Source of the DNA: a virus | Lineage: Duplodnaviria > Caudoviricetes | Length of the DNA stretch: 45,733 bases | Strand: one strand, 5' to 3' | IMG/VR virus record: IMGVR_UViG_3300032227_000101 | Location: 1 to 45,733 of that record | Shown here: positions 35,399-43,844 of the stretch, in pieces | Layout: every line of letters begins with the position of its first letter | How positions within the stretch are numbered: position 1 is the stretch's first letter | The notes under the pieces: generated by a model | What the model was told of the DNA's origin: nothing | Seen by the model: the letters and a program-made list of their open reading frames with translations, nothing else | Databases searched by the model: none | Program-made: the position numbers and the translations under genes

Positions 35399-36754
35399 TT
35401 AAGTTCCAATTGCGGGCGTGCCAGCATTGTTCCAAAGAATGCCGGGGCCGGGGTTGCTGGTAGGAAGACCGGAGATGTGAATGACGTTGCCGGATGCGCC
35501 TGTGCCAGCGCCTTCAGGCCTAATGAAGCCAACTCCGGCGGTAGACATTCCGCTGGCTACGCGGCGATAGTTAGACGCATCTGTAAACGTGCCGTAGATG
35601 CGATTTTCCTGCGCGTTCGTTCCGTTCCGCAGCGCGAGGGTGTTGGCGGCGTCGCGACGGAGGACGGTATCACCGTCCCCGCTTGTTCCTGAATTGAACG
35701 CCAAAGGTAAGTTGTTTGTGATTTGGACGCTACTTGAGCTTATAAGTAACGCAATTGTTGACCCGCGACCCAAACGCAGGGCGTTGTCAAACTCAACAAA
35801 ACCGCCGTCAATCAGCCCATGCACCACATTGTTGAGGCGAGGTATGCCGGAATTTGGAGCCGAAAGCATCAAGCCGTTATAGGTTGAGTTGCCAGCACTC
35901 GGCATAATCGTCAGCGCCGTAGACAACGCATTCTGCGCCGAGCCAGAGCCGCCAGCCGGGGCGACTTGGAAGATGATGGAACCGCCAGCACCCGTACCTG
36001 TGCCTTGAGAGCCAGTGATGGTGAGGTTCGCGCCAGCGGTGTTGGTCGTGCCAGCAACAACGGACTGGACGCTGAGGGTCTGGGCTACGGGAGCGGCTGC
36101 GTCGGCTGCGCCGAGGCGGAGGTTGGCGGCGGCGCGGCGGGTGAGGTAAAGGTCAACGCCAGTTTTCGCGCTGCCGCTAGATGAACTCCAACTAATGGCA
36201 AGGTCTGACTTTAGATAAACACCATACAATCCAGCGTGAAACCCCGTAGTCCCGAATGCTGTGGCCGTAAATTCAAAATCACCAACACGGAGTTCTACAT
36301 TTGAAGTGGAGGAACCGAAACGGTGCGTTACACCAGTTATGGGCGCAGCGAGTGCGCCGCCTTTAGTGACATTAAACCTACTCACGAACGAACCGCCGCC
36401 CGTGCCAAGGTCCATCAGCAGCGAAGACGCATTGCTTGCCGTGTCGGTGACGTTGAACTTCAGCCCCGTGAACGTAACCGCGCCGTTGTTCCATGTCTGG
36501 GACATGTTCAGCACGGGTGCGTCGGCGGTCTTCGTGCCGCTGGCAATTGTCAGTTCGGTGCCGTTGGTCGTGAGGCCAGATGCGCCCGCAAAAGCGCCTG
36601 CGTTATTATACTGAAGTTGAGTATCATTTCCACCAGGAATTGCCAGTGAATACAGTTCAATAAAATTGTTATTTGTTTTTGTGAATGCTTGTCTTAGTGT
36701 ATCACCTGTTCCATCATTAGCTGTCGTACCAGTAAAAATATTTTCTCTAGACAT
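35399..36754 (-). CDS. Mosaic fibre / receptor-binding protein with gp9/gp10-like N-terminal anchor
   Basis: GTTANDGTGDTLRQAFTKTNNNFIELY resembles the T4 gp10 N-terminus; the rest is G/A/T/S-rich and encoded by GC-rich DNA. Confidence 0.75.
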   Translation of the reverse strand: MSRENIFTGTTANDGTGDTLRQAFTKTNNNFIELYSLAIPGGNDTQLQYNNAGAFAGASGLTTNGTELTIASGTKTADAPVLNMSQTWNNGAVTFTGLKFNVTDTASNASSLLMDLGTGGGSFVSRFNVTKGGALAAPITGVTHRFGSSTSNVELRVGDFEFTATAFGTTGFHAGLYGVYLKSDLAISWSSSSGSAKTGVDLYLTRRAAANLRLGAADAAAPVAQTLSVQSVVAGTTNTAGANLTITGSQGTGTGAGGSIIFQVAPAGGSGSAQNALSTALTIMPSAGNSTYNGLMLSAPNSGIPRLNNVVHGLIDGGFVEFDNALRLGRGSTIALLISSSSVQITNNLPLAFNSGTSGDGDTVLRRDAANTLALRNGTNAQENRIYGTFTDASNYRRVASGMSTAGVGFIRPEGAGTGASGNVIHISGLPTSNPGPGILWNNAGTPAIGT

Positions 36755-36756
36755 GA

Positions 36757-37854
36757 TTATTCTTTGTCCGTTGTTATTGTTGTTGAGTCTGCTTGAATAT
36801 TTATAGAATCTGTAGTAAAGGATTCAACTGGAAGATTATTAGCTCTTGGTTCACTACTGTAGTATTCAGTAATTGTTGTAGTATATCCGTAATCATCTCC
36901 GGGTTGTGCAGTTTCTGGATTTGGAACAATGGTTATATTAGCTAACAATAAAGGTTCAGCAACAAAACTAATAACATTGTAAGAAGCATTTGTAGATACT
37001 GCTTTGATTGTATTATTGAGCGTGAACTGGCCTTGAGCACCGCCAATAACAATTTTATTGTTTATATCATCCCACTTTACAACTATACCATAAGCTGTTG
37101 CTGTATCATAAGTTGGTCCTTGATAGACAATATCATCTAGTTTGAATGTGCCGTTATTACCATTATTTGTGTTTATTCTAACAAGATAACCAGCCTGTAG
37201 AGATGGATCATTGTAGATATTAGTAATAACCTTACGAATGATCTTAGGTGTGCTGATTGGTCCAAAGTAATATGCTTTTACAGTAAAGTTTAATGTCCAT
37301 GACACATATCTAACAGCGTCAAAGTTACCTTCATGTTCGATCTGATTGACAACGCTATTGAGAATGATTGGTGTATCTTTTAGAAACCCTAATTCAGGAA
37401 TTGAATCGATTGTTACTGTATAGTCTGGGCCAAAGTATGGTAATATCTGCTCTACAATATGTGTACCATCATCTACATTTCTGGCATAAATTTGAAGATC
37501 AAATGTTAGGTCATACGGTACACCCATATATTGTGAAGATGTTCTCGTTGCATTATTAGCTTTAGCTGTTCTAAGTAGTGAATTTTGTTTGCGAGAAGCA
37601 TCATAGCTGAAACCTACCAACTCAAAAGACATACGTGGTAGAATGACTTGAATTGGTCTATTCAAATCCGGATCTGCTCTAAGTCTTGCAAAATACTTTT
37701 CTTTTGGTGCATAAACAATAGGCACCTTGAAACGCTCAATCTCTTCATCAGTATCTCTATTTTTACGAATAATAGAAATATTGTTGAAAAGATTGCCAAA
37801 TAATATAACATATTTTCTGGTTAACTGATAATAAAAATAGTTATTATTTAGCAT
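36757..37854 (-). CDS. gp15: Tail sheath stabilizer / terminator with C-terminal extension
   Basis: FGNLFNNI, VPIVYAPKEK, LPRMSFE, QIYARNVDDG, EQILPYFGP, WTLNFTVK. Confidence 0.95.
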   Translation of the reverse strand: MLNNNYFYYQLTRKYVILFGNLFNNISIIRKNRDTDEEIERFKVPIVYAPKEKYFARLRADPDLNRPIQVILPRMSFELVGFSYDASRKQNSLLRTAKANNATRTSSQYMGVPYDLTFDLQIYARNVDDGTHIVEQILPYFGPDYTVTIDSIPELGFLKDTPIILNSVVNQIEHEGNFDAVRYVSWTLNFTVKAYYFGPISTPKIIRKVITNIYNDPSLQAGYLVRINTNNGNNGTFKLDDIVYQGPTYDTATAYGIVVKWDDINNKIVIGGAQGQFTLNNTIKAVSTNASYNVISFVAEPLLLANITIVPNPETAQPGDDYGYTTTITEYYSSEPRANNLPVESFTTDSINIQADSTTITTDKE

Positions 37855-38491
37855 TTGTTTGTTCTAGTTTTCTATTCATAAAATATTTCTTTCGAGATTC
37901 GGACATTTTTTTACGAGTTTCTTCTGTGTGTTTTTTACCTTTATGTTTTTCTGACATAACTTGTCTAACTTCTTCTGTATGTTGTTTTCCATAAAAGTGA
38001 TTTTTGTTACCTTTGTGAGATTCCGACATTTTCTTTTTTGATTCTTCCGTATACACTTGTTTTGCTCTCGCTGTTCGAATTTTTTCTTTTGCTTCGTCGC
38101 TCATAATCTTACCTCTATGAACAGCGCCTATTTTTTCTTTAACTTTAGGATCAGACAGGGTTTTCTTTATCTTTTCACAAACACTAAGATTAGAGATAAT
38201 ATCTGTTGACCAATGACCCCATTTATGTTGTCTTAGGTTATAGTATCGTTTACCTAGTTCACTCTTTGGCATCAACTGTAACCATTTATGTTCTTCATCC
38301 AATAGATTATCACGACTAATATTCTTTTGAATAATCCTTCTTTTAAAATCTTGTGGTCTTCTGCGGTATGCTTCTCGCATTCTATTAGAAGAACAGATGT
38401 ATCCGTCATTTTCGGCACCCCAATGAGAACCTAGGTAGAACATCTTTCGCTTCTTATCATACCAAAAGTAAATAAAACCATACTTCTCCAT
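37844..38491 (-). mobile_element. GIY-YIG (Seg-like) homing endonuclease with NUMOD3 repeats
   Basis: GFIYFW..FYLGSHWG..YICSS; HTEE..KMSE repeats. Confidence 0.9.
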
Positions 38492-38495
38492 AACT

Positions 38496-38526
38496 ATACT
38501 TCTGTTGTTTGACAGAAGTATTTAGT
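38496..38526 (-). promoter_or_regulatory. Late promoter plus leader hairpin
   Basis: ACTAAATA (38519-38526) overlapping a 10-bp stem ATACTTCTGT/ACAGAAGTAT just before the ATG. Confidence 0.78.
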
Positions 38527-38539
38527 AAAACCGTGTGCG

Positions 38540-39412
38540 CTACGGCATTCCAAACGGATTGATTTCAGTCAAGTCAATGAAGTTGTTCGCTTCAGTTTGA
38601 ATAATTCTATTGTCTGAATCATCCCAGTCGATTAGATCGGCTAGATCATCATAGTTTGTGAGTACATATCTGGTATTAGATGAACTACCAATGACATTCA
38701 ATCCATTAGTAAATACACCCTTGATGTTAATAACTTGCAACTTATTATTGGCATTATCCCAATATTTTACTTCGGCTGAAACTGTAGACGAGCTTAGATT
38801 GGAACCCTGATATAAAATTTCGTTTATATGATAATTACCTGAACCTGCACCAACATTCAATTCAATAGTGTATGCTGCGCCATGCTCAAGATCGTCAATC
38901 TCTTTATCGCCAGTCTCAAAGTCTTCTTGGCTATAACGGAATACTTCACAGCGCAATTCGTAGATAAATGGGCTTCTCTTACCTAACGCGAAGAACATTA
39001 ACTCTTCTTCAACAAACTTAATTTCAAATACTTTACCTAAAAGAGGTACAAATATAAGATCACCTTCTCTAGGTCTTTTAGCCACTTTAGAAGGAATATA
39101 TCTCTCAAATGTTTTACGTGAAATAACAAAGTTTGATGTATCACGAATTTCTAAACCAAACTTAGAGAAGAAGTCACCATCACCTTCGTAACCCTCAACG
39201 TTGGCTAGATACATTTCTACAGTGTACGCGCGCGTGAACTTAGCTTGAGGACTTTCACCAATAATATCATCTGTGCTGTCATATGCTTCTCTAGGAAGGT
39301 ACTTAACGTCATGGCCCATTATCTTGATTGATTCTACAATCACATCTTCCATAAGACGCTGTTCGTTAGTTAGAGCGGGCGAGAATGAATTAAAATATAC
39401 GGACGTTGCCAT
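38540..39412 (-). CDS. gp14: Neck protein
   Basis: EQRL...ESIKIMG..YLPR, FFSKFGLEIRD, RPREGDLI, NPFG. Confidence 0.95.
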   Translation of the reverse strand: MATSVYFNSFSPALTNEQRLMEDVIVESIKIMGHDVKYLPREAYDSTDDIIGESPQAKFTRAYTVEMYLANVEGYEGDGDFFSKFGLEIRDTSNFVISRKTFERYIPSKVAKRPREGDLIFVPLLGKVFEIKFVEEELMFFALGKRSPFIYELRCEVFRYSQEDFETGDKEIDDLEHGAAYTIELNVGAGSGNYHINEILYQGSNLSSSTVSAEVKYWDNANNKLQVINIKGVFTNGLNVIGSSSNTRYVLTNYDDLADLIDWDDSDNRIIQTEANNFIDLTEINPFGMP

Positions 39413-40068
39413 TAAAGTTTACCTCTAATCCAGTCTGAACCGGGGCATATGTTGGTTCTTTTGTTTATTGAGCCGTTGTTCCACCAGAATCCGGTAGGAA
39501 TATTTTTAGGCATTTTACCCTTCATTGTAGCACTAGTCTTCATGTTCATTTGTTTCTTCAGTTCTGGTTCGTGTTGTTTGCCATAGAATGGGTTTTTATT
39601 ACCTTTAAGACTATCACTAACTTTCTTTCTATGTTCGTCGGAAAGAGAACCCATAATTTTTCCTTTGTTAGATTCACTTATCTTTCGTTTAGTCTCTTCA
39701 GTTCTCTTTTTGCCGGTATTAGAAGCCGCTCTTTTAGCTATTTCTTCAGATGAATGTTTTCTTCCTTTGCTTGCCGCCCAAGCTAGTCGTAATGCGGTAT
39801 TGCTTGTATAACGATTATAGTATTTTAAGTTTAGTTCACTTTCTTTGATAAGAGATAACCATCGATGTTCCGTTGAAAGTAAATCTTCTTTAAGTATATT
39901 TCTTTGTATGATACGCCTTTTGAAATCTTGTGGTCTCCTACGATACGCTTCACGCATTCTATTGGAAGAACAAATGTAACCATCATTCTTAGTTCCCCAA
40001 TGACAACCAAGATAATACATCTTATGTTTGCAATCAAACCAAAGATAGATGAATCCATATTTTTCCAT
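39412..40068 (-). mobile_element. GIY-YIG (Seg-like) homing endonuclease with NUMOD3 repeats
   Basis: GFIYLW..YYLGCHWG..YICSS; TEETKRKISE, NPFYGKQH, WWNNG. Confidence 0.9.
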
Positions 40069-40074
40069 AACATA

Positions 40075-40101
40075 ACTCCTATTGTTACAAGAGTATATAG
40101 T
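40075..40101 (-). promoter_or_regulatory. Late promoter variant plus SD-pairing hairpin
   Basis: ACTATATA (40094-40101), then ACTC...GAGT pairing that covers AGGAG. Confidence 0.65.
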
Positions 40102-40113
40102 AAACCATGTGTG

Positions 40114-40854
40114 TTACCCGATTCCAAACATAGGAGGTTCTTCGTAAGTGTTTCTAATTAGGTCTTCAAGTTGCTGAATTTCATTAACAGCTTCATCATA
40201 TATTTGCTGTCCGTTCATTGTGATACCACCCGGTAACTGCATACCACCAAACTTTTTCATATTGTTGCCCCATTGGCGCTTGATGTATGCTGTAGCTAAT
40301 TTCTTGAGCATTCTGTCGTTGTAGATTTTTGGATAAGAATTTGGATCAATGATAATATAACCTTCGATGATTAACCATTCGCCAGGCTGATTCATTGTCC
40401 AGTTCATGTCAAGATATAGCTTATCGGTATGTCTATTGAAACGAATTGGTTGTTCACCAGAGAACAACATATCAAGAGTGCGGATGTGCTGCATGGTTAG
40501 CACATAGTTTACATATGAAGTAGATGTGAAGTCATATAGCTCATGAAGGCGCAACTGATAACGAAGGTCAAACATATTGACAGAAGCATTTGATGAAGAG
40601 ATAGGGAAGATACGGGTTACGCCAATAATATTATCTGTGATTGGAACATAACCGTTTGAGATATCTTGTGCAGTTAGTTGGTGCTTTAAGTACCAACGTT
40701 CAACACCATCAAAGTGGAATTGCTGTATGTACTGAAACGCTTCATCAATACGATCTTCAACCTGATCATCATCAACATTGATTTCAATAACTGGATGACC
40801 AAGCTGGCGCAGACACCAGTCTTTAAATTGCTCTCTAGATGATGGAACTGACAT
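40114..40854 (-). CDS. gp13: Neck protein
   Basis: CLRQLGHPVIEINVDDDQVEDRIDEA, KRQWGNN.KKF.G.QLPGG. Confidence 0.96.
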   Translation of the reverse strand: MSVPSSREQFKDWCLRQLGHPVIEINVDDDQVEDRIDEAFQYIQQFHFDGVERWYLKHQLTAQDISNGYVPITDNIIGVTRIFPISSSNASVNMFDLRYQLRLHELYDFTSTSYVNYVLTMQHIRTLDMLFSGEQPIRFNRHTDKLYLDMNWTMNQPGEWLIIEGYIIIDPNSYPKIYNDRMLKKLATAYIKRQWGNNMKKFGGMQLPGGITMNGQQIYDEAVNEIQQLEDLIRNTYEEPPMFGIG

Positions 40855-40874
40855 TTATATACCTCTTTATAGAG

Positions 40875-40882
40875 TATTTATG
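40875..40882 (-). promoter_or_regulatory. Late promoter variant for gp13
   Basis: CATAAATA upstream of SD GAGG. Confidence 0.6.
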
Positions 40883-41332
40883 TTATTCGGACAATATAGG
40901 CCAGACAATATCGTATGGATCAATCTGTGTCTGAGGTATGTTGGCTAGTGCTTGAACGTAGTTGTCTAGTGCAGCTATACTATCAATCTGTTCTAAGCCT
41001 AATCTTTCATGTCTAGACCATCTTTCATAGCGCCACATGATGTCATGTATTCTTCTGTCTCTTTCTGCACGAATAGATTTCCACACAGACTGTGTTTCGG
41101 CCTGTAGTTCTTCTAATGTCTTGTCTCTGATTAACCAGTTTACGTTAGCTGAATCCCATTCCAATACTTGAACTGAGTTAGGCATAGGTCTTTCAGGAAC
41201 AGCAATATATCCAGCATCTACAATTTCTTCTGGTGTGAATGATGATGGATCAGTTCTTGTTCTACCGTCAGAAAGTCTTATTCTATGTGGTAAAAATTGT
41301 GGATACTGTCCTTGATATGAGTATAGTGTCAT
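40883..41332 (-). CDS. Tail fibre assembly chaperone-like protein
   Basis: WKSIRAERDRRI...YVQALANIPQ...IVWP pattern; start at MTLYSY. Confidence 0.75.
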   Translation of the reverse strand: MTLYSYQGQYPQFLPHRIRLSDGRTRTDPSSFTPEEIVDAGYIAVPERPMPNSVQVLEWDSANVNWLIRDKTLEELQAETQSVWKSIRAERDRRIHDIMWRYERWSRHERLGLEQIDSIAALDNYVQALANIPQTQIDPYDIVWPILSE

Positions 41333-41706
41333 TCTCTTAGTTTCCAACTTAAGGTTTCTTCGTTCCAAACATACATTTGACCATCATTAGGATAAAGAAT
41401 AGGTGCTTCCCAAAGACAAGTATTTTCGTTTAATATCCAAGAATTATATATTTTAGGTGGTATAAATGCATCCCTAATAGGATCGTATGTATATCCTATA
41501 CCTGCATAATTTTTACGAAAAGATTTTGATTGATCTATGTCTGGTTGATTTGTTATAGGGTTATAGTAAATTCCACCTCTAGTATTGTAAGATGTTCTTT
41601 TAGCACCATAATACTCTTCCCAATTTCCAGGTTCTTCGTTTTCGTTTTTACCAACAATGATCATTGTCACTATATTATTTTGATCTAAGTATGCGTAATG
41701 TGCCAT
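41329..41706 (-). CDS. Fibre-associated conserved phage protein
   Basis: MAHYAYLD...RTSYN...FRKNYAGIGYTYD..DAFIPP...WEAP...WNE motif set. Confidence 0.65.
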   Translation of the reverse strand: MAHYAYLDQNNIVTMIIVGKNENEEPGNWEEYYGAKRTSYNTRGGIYYNPITNQPDIDQSKSFRKNYAGIGYTYDPIRDAFIPPKIYNSWILNENTCLWEAPILYPNDGQMYVWNEETLSWKLRE

Positions 41707-41713
41707 GCTATTC

Positions 41714-42682
41714 TCAACTGAATGTTACTGTGTCAGATATACCAGCTACTGTAATAGTATAAAATATAAAACCTGCTAAAGAAGTGTTAGATGTTTGTGT
41801 AACACCAGCAGAAAATGTAGCTGTATAATTATTTGCTATTTTTAATATAATTATACCAGAACCACCAGCACCGCCGTCTCTGCTTGGTTCTGGTCGCGCG
41901 CCCGAACCGCCGCCACCGCCACCAGTATTTACTGTTCCAGGAAGACCGTCAGGATTTCCTGTTGATGCACCATCATCACCTGCGCCACCACCTCCAGCGC
42001 CGCCAGCACCACCAGTATATGCAGCGTTAAACGCAACACCGCCTCCACCGCCACCACCACCTGCTCTAGTTACAGATGTTCCTGTTATTGAAGATGCAAG
42101 ACCGTCACCACCTTTACCTGCTGAACCTGTTCCTGAACCTGTCGCACCAGCTTGACCTGCGCCACCTCCACCACCGCCTTGTCCAAATGTAGGATTTACA
42201 CCTCCATTACCACCACTTGTACCTTGTCCTGCTGTTCCTGAAGCTCCTGTAATGTTTATATCATATCCTTGGCCACCACCGCCTGAACCACCTGTGTTGG
42301 CTGCGGTATTAGCAGCACCAGGGCCGGCGCCGCCGCCACCGCCTATTGAAATAATAGAACTGAATACTGAATTGCTGCCAGAACCACTTCTAGCACCAGC
42401 TTCAGTAGCACCAGATCCACCAGCACCAATAGTTATTGTATATGCTGTACCCGAATCAAATGTATTGTTGCCAGTTAAATAGCCACCTGCACCACCACCG
42501 CCACCACCGTGACCACCACCTCCGCCACCACCGCCTGCAATGATAAGATATTCAACGTTCAGTGGACCTTTTGGCCAAACATTATTTTTTCTAGCATTGT
42601 ATTGTTCGCGCAAATTCCATACACCTTTTGCTGAAGATGTTGTTGGTTCGTTTGGATTTCCTATAATACCGCCTTTACCCAT
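41714..42682 (-). CDS. Glycine-rich adhesin / fibre protein
   Basis: VEYLIIAGGGGGG, YTITIGAGG, polyglycine runs, GGSGIIIL. Confidence 0.8.
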   Translation of the reverse strand: MGKGGIIGNPNEPTTSSAKGVWNLREQYNARKNNVWPKGPLNVEYLIIAGGGGGGGGHGGGGGGAGGYLTGNNTFDSGTAYTITIGAGGSGATEAGARSGSGSNSVFSSIISIGGGGGAGPGAANTAANTGGSGGGGQGYDINITGASGTAGQGTSGGNGGVNPTFGQGGGGGGAGQAGATGSGTGSAGKGGDGLASSITGTSVTRAGGGGGGGGVAFNAAYTGGAGGAGGGGAGDDGASTGNPDGLPGTVNTGGGGGGSGARPEPSRDGGAGGSGIIILKIANNYTATFSAGVTQTSNTSLAGFIFYTITVAGISDTVTFS

Positions 42683-43476
42683 TAGATGATGTATCTTCCT
42701 CTAAGAGCATTAAAGTTTTGTGTGATTTCTGCATTTGTTAAATGTCTATTGTAGTATAAAAACACACCAATATTTCCCCAATATTGTGAAGCATTAGCAG
42801 AACTTGTAACTGTAGCATTAGCGTCATGAAGTCCGCCTATAGAAGCAAATCCATTGTTAAAAGTTGCAGCAGCATTTGTTATATTAGTTCCAGCAAAAAC
42901 ATTATTATACCCAAAAGCATAATAAGGTGAACTTGTAGAAAGTTTCCAATACAGACAATTAAATTTAGTTGTGTAATTTGGAATAGTGCTAACATCAAAA
43001 ACATTTGATATAAAAACATTAGTTCCATTATCATACATTCCTAATGTATTTGTTCCTGTATTAATTATAACTTGATGATCTTGCGATGCACCTCTTATCA
43101 TTGTTCTAAAATTTGCCGTAGAATTCAATATGGTTGAAAAAACCATTACTGTTCCGTTAGCGGATGCGGGCACATCAGTCAATACACCACCAACAACTCT
43201 TTTAGCACAACAAAAAGAACCACTAAAATTAAAATATGATGCTGCTCCCGCAGATACCCATGATCCAGATTGAACTGTAAAATTATATCCGCTACCACTC
43301 AAATCAGTCCAAGTTGTGCCTGTACCAGGATAACTATTACGATTGCCAGCATCTAGATATAATATTAAACCATTACGAACAATTCTATTGTCAGTTGAAT
43401 TAAGTTTCCAAATACCGCCTAAATCATATTCGCCACTGTTACCAATATAACCACCATTATCATTTATGCTAGGCAT
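42682..43476 (-). CDS. Concanavalin A/LamG-like lectin domain virion protein
   Basis: GLILYLDAGNRNSYPGTGTTWTDLSG...YNRHLTNAEITQNFNALRGRY. Confidence 0.8.
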   Translation of the reverse strand: MPSINDNGGYIGNSGEYDLGGIWKLNSTDNRIVRNGLILYLDAGNRNSYPGTGTTWTDLSGSGYNFTVQSGSWVSAGAASYFNFSGSFCCAKRVVGGVLTDVPASANGTVMVFSTILNSTANFRTMIRGASQDHQVIINTGTNTLGMYDNGTNVFISNVFDVSTIPNYTTKFNCLYWKLSTSSPYYAFGYNNVFAGTNITNAAATFNNGFASIGGLHDANATVTSSANASQYWGNIGVFLYYNRHLTNAEITQNFNALRGRYII

Positions 43477-43835
43477 CAACTAATCTCTTCGTATGAACAA
43501 ACTGCCCATAAGTCATTATTAGCAGAAGCAGTTAGTCTTATTGCATCACCTTCTTCAAGATATATTGTTGTATCTTTTGATATGACAACTAAAGAAGCGT
43601 CAGCTGGAACAGCAATTGTGCTGGCAAATCGATTCTCAACACCACCTCTCAATAATGATGCTGTGATATCCGCTGTGTTTGCTCCATCATAGTTGGCCAC
43701 TATCAAAGAATTAATCTTATATACTTTATTGCTAGCCGCTTGATTTGCTACAACGTTTGTAGAAACTGTTGTAACGTTTAAAACTGCTGTATTGCCGCGA
43801 AGTGTTCCTACACTCACTATGTTTGGTTGTGCCAT
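43476..43835 (-). CDS. Small beta-sandwich virion protein (fibre-associated)
   Basis: MAQPNIV...KINSLIVAN.DG...VPADASLVV...YLEEGD...SYEEIS. Confidence 0.65.
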   Translation of the reverse strand: MAQPNIVSVGTLRGNTAVLNVTTVSTNVVANQAASNKVYKINSLIVANYDGANTADITASLLRGGVENRFASTIAVPADASLVVISKDTTIYLEEGDAIRLTASANNDLWAVCSYEEIS

Positions 43836-43844
43836 ATTTTCCTC

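Noticed and set aside
35395-35532. N-terminal 46 aa of the ORF-track call 35125..35532
   Set aside because: It overlaps the fibre gene; the ATG at 35394 just after the fibre stop matches the paralogue's start
35290-36603. DGR or invertase shufflon as the cause of fibre mosaicism
   Set aside because: I found no reverse transcriptase, recombinase, TR/VR pair or inverted crossover sites in this window
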